Positions 9,690 to 21,745 of a stretch of 64,000 nt of DNA are shown here, one piece after another. Each line of letters begins with the position of its first letter. The stretch's first letter is position 1. The position numbers and the translations under genes were made by a program. The stretch is from an uncultured delta proteobacterium (GTDB lineage Bacteria; Myxococcota; Myxococcia; Myxococcales; Myxococcaceae), in contig CAVUXN010000004.1 of assembly GCA_963745475.1 (NCBI GenBank), forward strand, positions 1 through 64,000. The letters run 5' to 3'. Below the pieces are notes generated by a model. It saw nothing but the letters and a program-made list of their open reading frames with translations. It searched no databases and was not told the origin of the DNA.

Positions 9690-10318
9690 GGCTCTCCGGG
9701 CAGGAATTCCGCCCTCCGGGCCTCGAAGACCTCGACGGCACGCTGATAGTCGTCCATCCGTCCGATGTCGAGCCACTCGCACGACTCTCGGTAGCAGTAG
9801 ACGTTCTCCCCGGCTCCCAGCAGCTTAAGCATGAGATCGGGGAGATCGAGGTACGCCCCCGGAGTCAGGAAGGGCCGGGCCGATGGCCTCGATGACTCCA
9901 AAGTCGACATTGACCTCACGGCGGAGAGCCCGATCGTCGCCGCCGCCGCCTTCGTGCGATGAAACTCGAACAGGCGTTGGTAGGACAGTGTGGTGAGGAG
10001 ATCGCCATTCATGATCAGGAAGTCATCGTCGAGCTGGCCGAGCATTGCCCCGAGCGGGCCCGCGGTGCCGAGGGGGCGCTCCTCGAAAACGTAGGTGATC
10101 TCCAGGCCGAGCCGTTCCCCGTTCTCGAAGAAAGCTCGAAACAGCTGGCCCATGTATCCGACCGCAAGGATTACGCGGCGCACCCCCATTCCGTGGAGCT
10201 GCCGGAGAATTATCTCCAGGATCGGCCAGTCGCCGAGCGGCATCAGGGGCTTGGGAAGGACCGTCGTGTAAGGGCGGAGTCGGGTCCCTTTTCCACCTGC
10301 CAGGATGACGGCCTGCAT
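9686..10318 (-). CDS. Sugar-phosphate nucleotidyltransferase with an apparent internal deletion
   Basis: ILAGGKGTRLRPYT..LPKPL, PLGTAG, NGDLLT, WLDIG; EVNVDFGVIE is out of frame and the EKP segment is absent. Confidence 0.85.
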   Translation of the reverse strand: MQAVILAGGKGTRLRPYTTVLPKPLMPLGDWPILEIILRQLHGMGVRRVILAVGYMGQLFRAFFENGERLGLEITYVFEERPLGTAGPLGAMLGQLDDDFLIMNGDLLTTLSYQRLFEFHRTKAAAATIGLSAVRSMSTLESSRPSARPFLTPGAYLDLPDLMLKLLGAGENVYCYRESCEWLDIGRMDDYQRAVEVFEARRAEFLPGEP

Positions 10319-10326
10319 CGTGGCCG

Positions 10327-11318
10327 TCACGTCGCGTAGATGGACGGTTTGAACCGGTCCAGATTGGTACGCACGAAGTCGATCGTCTCTCGAAGGCCCT
10401 CGTCGAGACCGTGACGGGGCGCCCAACCACACAGTTCCGTCGCCCGGGAGTTGTTGCAAACGAGCTGGAAGACCTCGCTGCTTTCAGGTCGGAGCCGTTC
10501 CTCCGATTGCACGATTGGCAGCTCGACGCCCATCAACCCGAGGATTCGCCGTGCGAGATCGCCAATGCTGATCCCGCTGCCGGATCCAATGTTGATCGTC
10601 TCGCCGATCGCCCGAGTCGCTCCTGCGACGCGAATGAACCCCTCCACCGTGTCCTTCACGTAAGTGAGATCCCGCACCGGATCGAGTGAGCCGAGCCGGA
10701 TCTCCTTCTGCGTGAATGCCTGGGAGATGATGGTCGGGACCACGGCGCGTGCCGACTGGCGCGGGCCGTAGGTGTTGAAGGGCCGAATCGTCGCGACCGG
10801 AAGGTCGAACGAACGGTAGATAGCTTTCAGCGATCTTGTCGGCACCTATCTTCGAGGCCGAGTAGGGGGATTGCCCCTGAAGCGGATGGGCCTCGTCGAT
10901 GGGGAGTGTAGATGGCTGTGCCGTAGGTCTCCGAGGTAGAGGTGTGCACGATGCATTGCACCCCCAAGTTCCGTGCCGCCTCCAGCACGTTGAGCGTGCC
11001 CTCGATGTTGGTGCGCACGTAGCTCCCCGGGGCGATGTATGAGTAGGGAATGGCGATGAGCGCGGCCAGGTGGAAGACGACCTCCTTGCCCTGCACCACT
11101 CTGTTCACGAACGCGGCGTCCTCGACAGTGCCTGCCACGACACGCAACGCCGCTTTTTTCTCCGGCGGGAGAAATTCAAGGTTACCCCAGTCACTCCGGG
11201 AGGTGTAGCGGATTCGGGCAGTGACCTGGGCGCCCATTCCGACGAGTTCTTCACAGAGGTGGCTGCCGATAAACCCCCCCGCCCCGGTCACCAGCACTCG
11301 CTTCGAGGCCCATTCCAT
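10327..11318 (-). CDS. NDP-sugar 4,6-dehydratase/epimerase (LegB-like), frameshifted
   Basis: LVTGAGGFIGSHL, HLAALIAIPYSY, TSTSETYG, RPFNTYGPRQSARAV; split over frames near 10830-10900. Confidence 0.85.
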
Positions 11319-11345
11319 TCTCGCTCCTCCCCCTTTCAGCGCCAA

Positions 11346-12200
11346 TCATCCCTCCCGTCGTGCGATCACGAGTTGCGTATCGAAGAGGTCCAGGTGGACG
11401 GGAAGGTCCCAAGCGGGAGCCGGACCGCAGCGCACGCCTAACGCTCGGAAATACTCGCGCAAGGGCCGGTAATAGCCGAAGGGCCGGTGACACATGACCC
11501 GGAAGCCACGGTGCTCGAAGAACGCCTGCAACGAACGTCGGGTCGGGTAGTTCAGGTGAGTGGGCGGATGAAACTGCCTCCATCTTCGACCACGGACCCG
11601 GGCGACCAGGCTAGAGGCGTCCACAGTCGTGAAGGCCGTCAGAACGGACGGAGCGGCGGTTGCAGGAGGTCGCCGACCGTCGTCGCCGGGTTAGGGCAGG
11701 TGCTCCCAGACATCCCATCCCACGATGACGTTTGGGCTGAGCGTCGCGATCGCGCGCTGGGCTGTTTCGTCGAATGGGGGAGCACCCGAAGACCGCGCTC
11801 GGCCGCGATGCGCCGGCCGTACTCCGAGACCTCGAGACCGAGGCTGTCTCGGATGCCGGCCTCGCGCGCAACCTGGAAGAAATTCCCCGGTTGCTGCCCC
11901 GATCTCGAGCAACCGAACTCGAGCCGGTGGAGGGAGCCCGTGCGCCTGCATGATCTTGAGCTTGCGAGCGAAATTGCGACGGTGACTGGACCCGGCCCCC
12001 ACGTAGGAAGAGTACTCGCCACCGTTGAAGTACTCCTCGTCGTAGAGATCTGCAACCGCCCCCGATGCCAGTTCGGCGAAATGGGACCATCCTCCACATG
12101 CCTCGCATCGGATCATGCCCGAGTGATCACCGAAGATCGGCACGACGGGCGAGAGCGCACCGCAGTTCCGGCAAGGCCTTGGAGGGTTGGCTGGTTCCAC
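11346..12200 (-). pseudogene. Class I SAM methyltransferase with N-terminal CxxC...CxxC, several frameshifts
   Basis: CRNC/CEAC, LLEIGAATGEFL, WDVWEHLP, WRQFHPPTHLNY pieces in different frames. Confidence 0.7.
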
Positions 12201-12203
12201 GTC

Positions 12204-14398
12204 TCAACGGACCTCTAGCCGGAGCGCTGGACTTTCAAAGTAGCAGTCCTGGTCCCGCGACAGAAGCCGGAGTGTCAGCACGTGCGGCCCCTCGGCAAGC
12301 GCCGAGGAGGGGATGACAGCCCGGAGGCCGCTCGGTCTTGCTGCTTCGGAGTGGAAATACGCGGAAACGTCCGAGCGCTCGAAACCGATAAAAGGTCGGA
12401 AATAGCGTCTCGTCGATCTTGATCTCGACGTCGGTTCCGGCCTCGTGGGTGCCGGGAGTGACAGCCCAGCCCCCGATGGCGAGAGCTTGGGCCCTTGGAA
12501 TGACCACCGGGGCCGAACCGGCCCCGGCCCTTCCCCCGCCGAGCCGATCCAGCGACATCTCCGGAGCTTTCCCGCAAGGGCGGAGCATGGCGGAAATAGG
12601 ACGATCCTGGAGGAAGTCCTCCAGCGACTGCCCGTGGGGCAGGTGAAGCGGAATGTGCCCGCCAAGGCCCACCGCGGCGTAGCGTTCGTCCTGGCGTATC
12701 AACCAGACCCCGGGAACCGTGAGTAGCTGTTGGAGCAGCGCGAGACCACCATCAGGGTACCCGTAACTGTCGATCCAGATGGCGGCGAATCCCTCTGCGA
12801 CTGCCAGGGCAACGAGTGACGTCGGGTCCAGCTTCGACGCAGCCTCCTGCCATCGAAGCTGGGCGTTTGAAATGGCCGGATAGCTCCAACGCAGCGAGCG
12901 CGAGGCGAGGTACGGCCTCAGGTGCTCGTATGGCCCCATGCGACCGAATCCCTCGTCGTTCAGGTAGTGCCTGAATGGTAACTGCAAGACGGCAGACCCC
13001 GGAGGGAGGGTGCTCTCCAGACCCATCACGAACCGGGAGATGGCGTGGTACTCGGTGGCGATCCTCGGAGAGGCGCGGCGAAGTGGACCCAGCGCCTGAG
13101 TCTGATCCCAGACGCCAATGACGAGGGTCACGACGGCCAGTCCCCAACCCCACCGGCTCCGCCAGCGTGATACTGCGTCGATGGCGGACGCCACCGCGAG
13201 CAGTGCAAAGAAGGCGAGAAAGGGGGCGATTCGGTTGTAGGCCCGGATGTCGGGAAGGACGAGCAGATTGAACAGGCTCCCGAAACCGCCCACTGTCGCC
13301 AGCAGTAACCCGGCCACGGTGAGACGGGCAGCAGGGAGATTCGGCACGCCCGGACCGTCCGTGGCTCGCGATAGCAGTAGCAGAATCAGCAGACCGATGA
13401 ATCCGAATCGAGGCGACCGCGCCGAGCCGGGAGATCATGTTCTCGGTCTCGATGGGAAAGGAGGCGCTGGCCTCGCGTCCCGTCCACATTCGAAAGAGCT
13501 TGAGCTGATGCTCGAAGACAGGACTCACCAGCTGCCGGATCTTGAGCCCGTGCATCTCTGCCTCCGCGGGCACCTTCTCCCTGACGAGGATGGGTGGACC
13601 TTCCTTGCGCACGGCTAGGACGGTCGGCAGAGAGTTGAGCCCCACACAGAGCCCGATCGCCACGAGCGCCGCGGCTCCGGTTCGTAGAACCTGGCAATTC
13701 CCGCGTTCGCCACCAACCAGCGATGGTGGCGAACAAGACGAAGAAACACGCAAAGAACGCGTAGTAGACGTAGTTGAAGCCGACGAGTGCGATCCCGGCC
13801 AAGAGCGGAAACCTTCGCAGAGGCGACGGATCCAGGCGCCGCCCCGAGGCCAGGAGGAGCGCGAGCGTGGCGGGATAGGGGACCAGGTACGTCACCAGGC
13901 TGAAGTGATCGATCTGCCGATAGAGGGCATATGGACTCAGCGCGAAGAGAACACCGCCCACGAAGGCCGCGTGTCGGGAGAGCTGCGAGCAGCCGAAAGC
14001 AGAACGTCGCTCCCCACGCCGCGGCGACCAGCATTGCGATCCAGGCCGCCGTGACCGCGAGGGCCGGGTCCCTCGTGAAGAGGCTGACCGCTCGAACAAC
14101 CGCCTGGTCAACGTTGGTGTTGGAGGGGAAGAGCCGCGCATCGAAGCCGAGCGGCGCTCCCAGCGCTGGATTGATTCCACCACCAGCCGTTGTCGAGCGT
14201 CCCCTTGCTCTGCGCGAGAAAGACCAGGCTGTCGTCGGAGAGCGAGATCGGGACGTGGGGGTCTCTCCTGAACCCCAGGGACAGGTGGACCACGCCGACG
14301 ATCAGCACTGCCTGGAGGAGGAAGACGATGACGGTTTGCCACACACCGGAGAGGCGCGGCGATTCCACGCCGGACGTCGTTCGAGTCGGCTCGCTCAT
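12204..14398 (-). pseudogene. Large polytopic membrane protein, GT-C-like glycosyltransferase with a C-terminal extracytoplasmic domain; several frameshifts
   Basis: Fragments DNGWWWN, LFALSPYALYR, YYAFFACF, EAEMHGLKIRQL, IRAYNRIAPF, YEHLRPYL..LRWSY; many TM segments. Confidence 0.6.
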
Positions 14399-14874
14399 CG
14401 GGTCCTCCGGGACCGTTCGCGCGGGGGACACGTGGTTTGAGCTGCTCCATATTTCATAGACAGTATGGTTGGCTCCCTTGACTCTGGAGCCTTCGCTTGA
14501 TGCGCGAGGGACAAGGTCCGTACCACGGTCGGCGAGCTGGGTGGGGCAACTCCTCGGGAGCGTCCTGCCCAGCGCCGTGGACCACTGCCACCACGTCGAC
14601 GCTGCGGCGGCCCCCCAGCTGTCTCGCCAGGCATACTCGCTGAGAATGGGTCGCTCGTCCGCTGCAGCATCGCCCGACCAAGTCAACACCGAGCGACCCT
14701 TCGGTCACCGCGACGAGAGGAAAGGAGTGTCTCGGTCTCATGGAAAGGCTGACGGAAACCCGGCGTCTTCCGCATACTCAGAGGAACGGTCGCCCTGCAA
14801 ACTTGTGAGTGCGGACGCAGGGTTAGAAATATGCCTTAGACGCCTTCAACTCCCGTACGCCTCACTCGCTGTGT

Positions 14875-15949
14875 CTAGCGATTCGAATTTGGGTTCTTCG
14901 GCTGCGGCTTCGTCCCCGGGATGCCGCTCGGGTTCGCGTGCTCGTGCGTTCCCCTCGCCACGGAAAGCACGGCCTCGCTGCGCTCCCAAAGGGCCTGACC
15001 CACTTCGAGGTCGGCAGCTCGCGCGTCAACGTCCTTGGGTGCCATCTTGTGCAAGTAGAGGGCAGTACGGCCCTCCAGCGCACGGCTGCAGCTCAGGTAC
15101 AGCACGGGCTCGTCGGCAACGAAAGGGTCCTGGAAGAGGAGGCGCATCACTCCCTTGAGAGGAGCGCGCAGCGGTGCTGGCAGCTCGCGGATAATGTTGG
15201 TGTGCATCGCCCCAGGGCAGAGCACGAACACCGCCACGCGAGGCGCACCTTCGACGGATAACCGCCGCGCGAGCTCCAAAGCGAAGGTCGCCAGCATCAG
15301 CTTGTAGGTCGCGTACCATCCGAGCACTCGCCGGGGAGACCCGTCGCGCGGTCGGTCGATTTGTTCGAGGGCGAGGTCTTCACTCCACCGGTGCGCCTCA
15401 GAAGCGACGACGACGACCCGCGGCACGTCGCCGTCCGGGCGGTCGCGGGGTAGCACCTCATCGAGTAGGCGCGTGACCAGGGCAAACGACGACAGGTAAT
15501 TCACCACGAACATCTCGTCCAGTCCCTGGGACGTTGTCCGGGCCTCGGTGGGGACGATGGCTGCGTTGAGGACCAGTCGATCGAGACGCACGCCGCGGCG
15601 CCCGAGTATCCGTCGCAACGCGGTCGATCGAATCGAGGTCGGAGAGGTCGACATGGATTGGCTCAATGCAGTCGGAGGCCACGCCGAGTGAGAGCGCCCG
15701 GCGCCGCGCGCGCTCGAGTTCCCGGCAGTCGGCAACCAGTACCCGGGCACCTCGGCGCGCCAGATCCACCGAGGTCGCGAAACCGAGGCCCGAGGCGCCG
15801 CCAGTCACGAGCGCCACCTTTCCGTCGAGACGCTCGTCGGCAGCCAGCGCAGGAAGTCGACGCTGGACGCGGAAGCGGTCGAGGGCTCCGGTGACGACGG
15901 CGGCGATCGGGTGGCTGGAGCGTTTACCAGGGAATCGCTCAGTCTTCAT
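14875..15949 (-). CDS. SDR oxidoreductase (retinol dehydrogenase-like), frameshift near 15610
   Basis: [37 protein letters not shown]. Confidence 0.8.
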
Positions 15950-16087
15950 CGAACTAGTCACCCGATGGGTTCATAGGGGGGCCGACGTAATCGCAGCCGG
16001 TCCACCTCTGCGTGCTGGTACCCCGGAAGAGTGCCCGTCAACCTCCCCCGCGAGTTTCGGGTCGCGGCGCAACAGCTGAGGCGACCC

Positions 16088-17096
16088 TCACGGCGTTAAA
16101 AACGTGGTGACCGGCACAACGGGGGCGAGCACCCCGAGCCAGAGCCCGGAACCGGCTCCGGTGTTGGGAATAGAGATGCCACCGGAACCCTCCTCGAGAT
16201 AGGCACCTGTGGAGACGATGCCCACCACCAATGAGAAGCTGCTCCCGCTGGGGAGGGCTCCCGCGGGGACGGTGACTGACGTGGTAGAGATGGGTACCTC
16301 CAGGGTTTGATTTGGCATGAAACGCCAGATTCCCGCTGCTGTCGGCCATATAGACGAGGTAGTCCGCCCCGACAGTCGGGGCGCCGCCCGTCCAGGTGAT
16401 GTCGTTGGCGTTCGCGGCGGTCCAATTTGTTGCCGGAGCCGGTGCGGTAACGGTGGGGGGAGTCGTGAACTGAGTCCCGCTGGCGGTGTAGACGTTCGCG
16501 CCGATAGTCACCTGAAGCGTGACGGAGGCGCCCTCGGCGATGGGGTTCGTATCGAAGTAGGCTCCTTGCGGTGCGTAGTAGGGTACGCCAGTCCCATTCA
16601 CAGTCACCGTCGCGTTGGAGACGGGACTGTTGCAAGCAGGGCCGTCCGCGCAAACGGATACCAACTCTAGGTAATTGAGGTAGGGAGGAACGCCACCGCC
16701 GTCGAGGGTGAGGACGGTTGCATAAATGAATGGAGGGGCCGCGGGGACCGCATTCACTTGGGCGGAGGCCATGGACTCGCCGTTGGCGTTCACGGCCGTC
16801 ACGACGTAGTAGTAGGCCGTTCCGTTGGTCAGCCCGGTTTGAATGTAAGGACTGGTTGCATCGGCAATTTTGGTGCCGCTCGCCGGTGTCACACCGGAGG
16901 TCGTGGACCAGTAGACGTTGTAGGACGTTGCACCGGTGACGGGCGACCACGAGATGGTGACTTGGGCGTTCCCAGAAGTCGCTTGGACTCCCGTCGGTGC
17001 CGACGGACCAGTGGTGTTGCCGCCCGAGCTGCCGCAGCCGCTTGCGGCGACTACGCATGCTGCGAAAAGGGCGCTGCACGACTTCGGTGTCCTCAT
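16088..17096 (-). CDS. Fibronectin type III domain lipoprotein, frameshift near 16315
   Basis: Lipobox AASGC; FN3 'APTGVQATSGNAQVTISWSPVTGATSYNVYW...TGLTNGTAYYYVVTAVNANGES'; C-terminus in the 16088-16318 frame. Confidence 0.8.
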
Positions 17097-17680
17097 CGGT
17101 GCTGTCCTTTCGTCGATGGGTTGGCGTGGTGGCATCTGCAGAAGCCGTGACCGCCTATCATCTTCGGGGCCGAGCAGCCGCTGCTAATTGGCCAAAAGCA
17201 CGGGGCGCAGATGACCCCCGATAGACGAAGAAGGACAACGGCCAACAGCCGCTGTCACCTTCGGAGCTTGTTTTTGAGATCGCCCGTGGTGGCTTTTCTC
17301 GGGGCCATCACGTCTCCGAGTTCCCACGTGAGCCCTAGGAAGGACTCGACGCCCTGAATTGCGCGGCTGGGGATGAAGGAAGGCCGCGCCAGCTGGCCGG
17401 GCGGGTGCTGCAACTCGCCGCGCTCGCCGAAGCCAAGTCCGTCGACCTCGTTCCCGAGCTCGGCATGGAGTCCTAGTGCTGAGGCAGGGAGACCGGCGCC
17501 GGGGTGCAACCTTCCGGTCTCGCAGCGCCCGGTGCAGGGGCGGCAAAGTCACTCCGATGGTCCCCGGCCCTCTTTGCGACTTACAAGATATATGACATTT
17601 CTACCGTTAAACTGTCTAAATAGGCGGCCACCAGAAGAAAGTTGTGCCTAAATCGGATAAGTACAACTTAGCTGGAGGGA

Positions 17681-18652
17681 ATGCCAATGGGAACGTCAGT
17701 GAGACCTTCCCTCGGGCACGCCGGTTGGGCGCTCGGCCTCGGGCTGCTCGCAGTCGCAGCCTGTAGCGAGAGCAGTGGAGTAGCGCCGGGCGAACCCGAA
17801 CAACGCTCAAGCAAGTACGACGTGCCGTGCGGCGGGCCTGCGATGGCGGCGTCGTGGACGCCGGAACGCCCTGTCAGAACTCCACGCAGTTGGATGGGCA
17901 GTTCCGAGTGGCTTCGGCCCCCATCGTCGCCGAATGGGATAACGGCGGCGCGGCCACGAGCGCCTCCCCCGCGCCGTCCCGCGAGAGCTACCTCGCGGTG
18001 GGCATTGGGATGCAAGGGGCAGCCATCGACTACCCTGCTCCGCCTCCTCAGCAGCAGAAAGGCTGCCGCTGCCCCCAAGTCCAAGTCCGTTGCAACGCGC
18101 CGGACGACAAGCCGTCGGCGTGCTCCCCGGTCGAGTGCTGGATCTCGATGTCGGCAGGCGAGTGCACGACGCTCGGGTACAAGGACGGTCAGAACATCGA
18201 CCAGAACACGACGACCCCGGTGGTGTTTCTCACTTACCCCGGCCCGCCTCCGCCACCGTGGCCGACCATGCCAATTGTCAAAGCCAAATGCATGCTCCGC
18301 CACGAGGGTGTCCACGCCTGTCAGCAACTGGGTGCGGGACTGTGGTGCCAGGAGAAGGACGCCTTCACTGGCGATCAGGCCTGCGTGCAGTCCGGCATGG
18401 ACGCGTTGGGCTGCGGCAAAGGGCCGTGGGACGTTCCTTCTGATTGCAATGACCTGAACAACGACAAGACGAGGGACGGAATTCTGCTCGCGTACATGAC
18501 GTGCCGTTGCGATGGGAAGACCCAAGACCAGTGCGTGGCCGCGTGCAAAGGGCGACGGAAAGAAGCCGGTCCGCAACGCCTACTGCGACCAGATTGCGGC
18601 CACGTACGAGCCGCAGGCGAAGGCCTTCCCGAAGACACAGACGCCGCAGTAG
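17681..18652 (+). CDS. Cys-rich lipoprotein with an HExxH motif; two frameshifts
   Basis: GGAGG RBS and lipobox LAVAAC; the main frame has about 19 Cys and LRHEGVHACQ; terminal frame ..NAYCDQIAATYEPQ..PQ*. Confidence 0.6.
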
Positions 18653-19011
18653 CGCCTGGCATCGTCTGCCGCGCCGTTGCCGGCCTTCTCGACCGGGGGC
18701 GGCGGTGGCGCGCGCGCACGCCGGGAAAAGATGCCGAGGGCTTCTGGTCGGACCAGGGTGGCGATGGTCGCCATCGCGAAGCACACGCGATTGGGCGCGC
18801 AGTGGCGCTTCGTCTGCGAGCAATTCAACTGGTCGCCTGTTCTTGATGGGCGGTCTCGTTCCACCTCCGTGATGAGCAAGCGCTCCGCAAAGCGGCCGAA
18901 CGATCGCGAGATCCCGCCCTAGGCGCTTTCAGAGGCGGGTGGGTGAACGCTCGTGTGTTGCTTAAAGCCTTCGGTGAAGTCGACGATGCAGGGTCATCCT
19001 CGCGGGGTCCG

Positions 19012-19683
19012 ATGCTCGAAATCGTCGCACAGCTCACGCTGGTCCTAGTGTCGGTGTCTCCGACGCTTCAGCCAGTGAGCAGAGGAGACCTCTGTGTGAC
19101 CAAGGGTGAGATCGAGACGGGCAAAGGGCCACACCTCCGCGTCTCTGTTCCCGAGATGCGCGCCGTCGTGCGCCACAAAACGCCACCATCTGCGAGCGTA
19201 GCGTTCACCTACCGCGGGCCGAGCCACGAGACGAAGGCGCTCGGGTCCGGGGCCGTGCGTCGGCAGATTGGCCTCAAACTGCGCGCCGAGAACAGCTGCA
19301 ACCTCGTCTACGCCGTCTGGCGCATCGCTCCCAAGGTCGAGCTGGTCGTCTCGGTGAAGCGCAATCCAGGGCAATCGACACATGTCCAGTGCGGGACGCG
19401 CGGCTACCGGAATGTCCGGCCGCAGACCTCGGCACCGCTTCCCCAACTCGGGCCAGGCGAAGCCCACGTGATGCGCGCCGACTTGGACGGAACACGGCTG
19501 ACCGTCCGGGTAGATGGTCAACAGGTCTGGTTTGGTGATCTCGGAGAGCAGGTGTTGCAGTTCGATGGACCCATTGGCATTCGTACGGACAACGCCGCTT
19601 TCGACTTCCAACTCGAGGCCCTCGGCGGAACAGCAGCAGCCGAGACCGCGACGACCTGCCACGAGGATCCGGCCAACGAGTGA
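19012..19683 (+). CDS. Hypothetical exported beta-rich protein, possibly ConA-like
   Basis: Hydrophobic N-terminus; C-terminal 'LTVRVDGQQVW...GPIGIRTDNAAFDF' resembles lectin-type beta-sandwich ends. Confidence 0.6.
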   Translation: MLEIVAQLTLVLVSVSPTLQPVSRGDLCVTKGEIETGKGPHLRVSVPEMRAVVRHKTPPSASVAFTYRGPSHETKALGSGAVRRQIGLKLRAENSCNLVYAVWRIAPKVELVVSVKRNPGQSTHVQCGTRGYRNVRPQTSAPLPQLGPGEAHVMRADLDGTRLTVRVDGQQVWFGDLGEQVLQFDGPIGIRTDNAAFDFQLEALGGTAAAETATTCHEDPANE

Positions 19684-19733
19684 AGGGGCCGGTGAACGGC
19701 ATGGGCAGCGCTGTGGGCTTCGGTGCCTGCACC

Positions 19734-20306
19734 TCAGCGTTGCGCCGCCTGCCCCGACGCCTTCGCCGCGTGGGTGGCGAGGACGTCCATCAACGTCGGG
19801 TTGAGGCAGTCGTAAGGCTCGAGCCTCAGTTCCTTGAGGCGGGCCCGCACCTCCCCCATCCGTGCCGGTGGAAACCCGGACTCGATGATCGAGGAGACGA
19901 AGGCGGCGAATTCCGGGGCCGACCAGCCCGCCTGTGGAGAGAGCTCGGTGTGGACGAAGGCCAGCCCGCAAAAGGCGTGCTTGGGATTTTCCACCGGCCC
20001 GTACATATGAACCCCGCAGCCGCTGCAGGCATGGCGGAGGATGGTGGCGTTCTTGTCCACGATGGAGAGCTTCTGGCCGTTGCGGGTGACCGTCAGCTTG
20101 TCGCGGGGTACCACCGCCACCACCGAGAAGAGGGCGCCCTTGGGTTTCCAGCACTTGGTGCAGCCACAGGCGTGGTTGTGCGCCGACTGGCCGCGGATGG
20201 TGACCTCCACCGGATCCTTCGAACACTTACAGACCAGAGTTCCTCCCTGGAAGTCCTTCGCAGTGGGACGGATTCCGCCGTCGACTGATGGATGAATGGA
20301 GAGCAT
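19734..20306 (-). CDS. gfa: Glutathione-dependent formaldehyde-activating enzyme
   Basis: [59 protein letters not shown]. Confidence 0.95.
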   Translation of the reverse strand: MLSIHPSVDGGIRPTAKDFQGGTLVCKCSKDPVEVTIRGQSAHNHACGCTKCWKPKGALFSVVAVVPRDKLTVTRNGQKLSIVDKNATILRHACSGCGVHMYGPVENPKHAFCGLAFVHTELSPQAGWSAPEFAAFVSSIIESGFPPARMGEVRARLKELRLEPYDCLNPTLMDVLATHAAKASGQAAQR

Positions 20307-20440
20307 GGTCTCCTCCTCTCGCTACTGCTGATGACACCAGTTCGGGCAGTGATTCAACTTCCATCGGTTGAAGACCCCGTTTCGAACGGTCGTCCCGGCA
20401 GATACAGTCGCGACGCCGCGCATCATGGAGGTCACCCGGG

Positions 20441-21550
20441 ATGAAGACCCGCGCCGCCGTTGCCTTCGAGGTGGGAAAACCCCTGGTCATCGAGGAAGTC
20501 GAGCTTTCCGGCCCGCGGCCCGGCGAGGTCCTGGTGGAGCTGAAGGCGACCGGCGTCTGTCACACCGACGAGTTCACCCGCTCGGGCGCGGATCCGGAGG
20601 GACTCTTCCCTGTCATCTTCGGGCACGAGGGGGCGGGCATCGTCCGCGAGGTGGGCGCAGGCGTGACCTCGGTTAAGGAGGGCGACCACGTCATCCCGCT
20701 CTACACCCCGGAATGCCGGCAGTGTCCCTCCTGCCTCAGCCGGAAGACCAACCTCTGCACTGCCATCCGCGCCACCCAGGGCAAGGGCTTGATGCCCGAC
20801 GGGACTAGCCGCTTCTCGCTCAAGGGCAAGCCGCTGTTCCACTACATGGGCTGCTCCACTTTCGCCAACCACACCGTGCTTCCGGAGATAGCAGTGGCCA
20901 AGATCCGCACCGACGCTCCCTTCGACAAGATTTGCTACGTCGGCTGCGGGGTCACCACCGGGCTGGGGGCGGTCATCTTCACCGCCAAGGTGGAACCCGG
21001 AGCGCGGGTGGTGGTCTTCGGCCTAGGGGGAATCGGCCTCAACGTGGTGCAGGGCGCCCGAATGGCCGGGGCGACCCAGATCGTGGGCGTCGACCTGAAT
21101 CCGGCGCGGGAGGCGCTGGGCAAGGCCTTCGGACTGACCGACTTTGTCAACCCGGCCAGCGTTCGGGGCGATCTCGTGGCCCACCTGGTCGAGCTGACCG
21201 GCGGGGGGGCGGACTACAGCTTCGAGTGCGTGGGCAACGTGACGCTGATGCGCCAGGCGCTCGAGTGCTGCCACCGCGGCTGGGGAGTGAGCGTCATCAT
21301 CGGCGTCGCCGGAGCGGGACAGGAAATTGCCACCCGCCCCTTTCAGCTGGTCACCGGACGGGTGTGGAAAGGCACGGCGTTCGGCGGGGCACGGGGCCGC
21401 ACCGACGTTCCCCGCATTGTCGACTGGTACATGGACCGGAAGATCGAGATCGACCGGCTCATCACCCACAAGCTCCCGCTGGAGCGAATCAACGAAGCAT
21501 TCGATCTGATGCACGCCGGAACGTCGATCCGAACCGTGGTCGAGTACTAG
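20441..21550 (+). CDS. frmA: S-(hydroxymethyl)glutathione dehydrogenase / class III alcohol dehydrogenase
   Basis: GVCHTD, GHEGAG, structural Zn Cys cluster, [26 protein letters not shown]. Confidence 0.96.
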   Translation: MKTRAAVAFEVGKPLVIEEVELSGPRPGEVLVELKATGVCHTDEFTRSGADPEGLFPVIFGHEGAGIVREVGAGVTSVKEGDHVIPLYTPECRQCPSCLSRKTNLCTAIRATQGKGLMPDGTSRFSLKGKPLFHYMGCSTFANHTVLPEIAVAKIRTDAPFDKICYVGCGVTTGLGAVIFTAKVEPGARVVVFGLGGIGLNVVQGARMAGATQIVGVDLNPAREALGKAFGLTDFVNPASVRGDLVAHLVELTGGGADYSFECVGNVTLMRQALECCHRGWGVSVIIGVAGAGQEIATRPFQLVTGRVWKGTAFGGARGRTDVPRIVDWYMDRKIEIDRLITHKLPLERINEAFDLMHAGTSIRTVVEY

Positions 21551-21606
21551 ACGACCGACCTGACCCGCCGGAGCGACAGCGCCGCCACGGCGGCGAGCAA
21601 GGCTTC
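21551..21606 (+). pseudogene. Possible 5' relic of S-formylglutathione hydrolase (fghA/frmB)
   Basis: Immediately after the frmA stop: ACG-TDLTRRS, a frameshift, then QRRHGGEQGF, similar to the FghA N-terminus (SEHRCFGGxQGF); similarity then ends. Confidence 0.45.
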
Positions 21607-21745
21607 ACGCCTGCTTTCTTGCGAGCTAAAGGTGCTCCGGCACGTCCAGGGCAGCGAGGAATTCGAGGTCGGCAGCTGGAGGGTGGTGGCGGCACCGGGG
21701 CCAGGCCGAGTTCCGGCAGGTCAATGAGACCGCAGCCGGGACGGT

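Noticed and set aside
7996..18652. Programmed frameshifting as the cause of the split genes
   Set aside because: The shifts are numerous and scattered with no shared slippery motif; error or decay is simpler.
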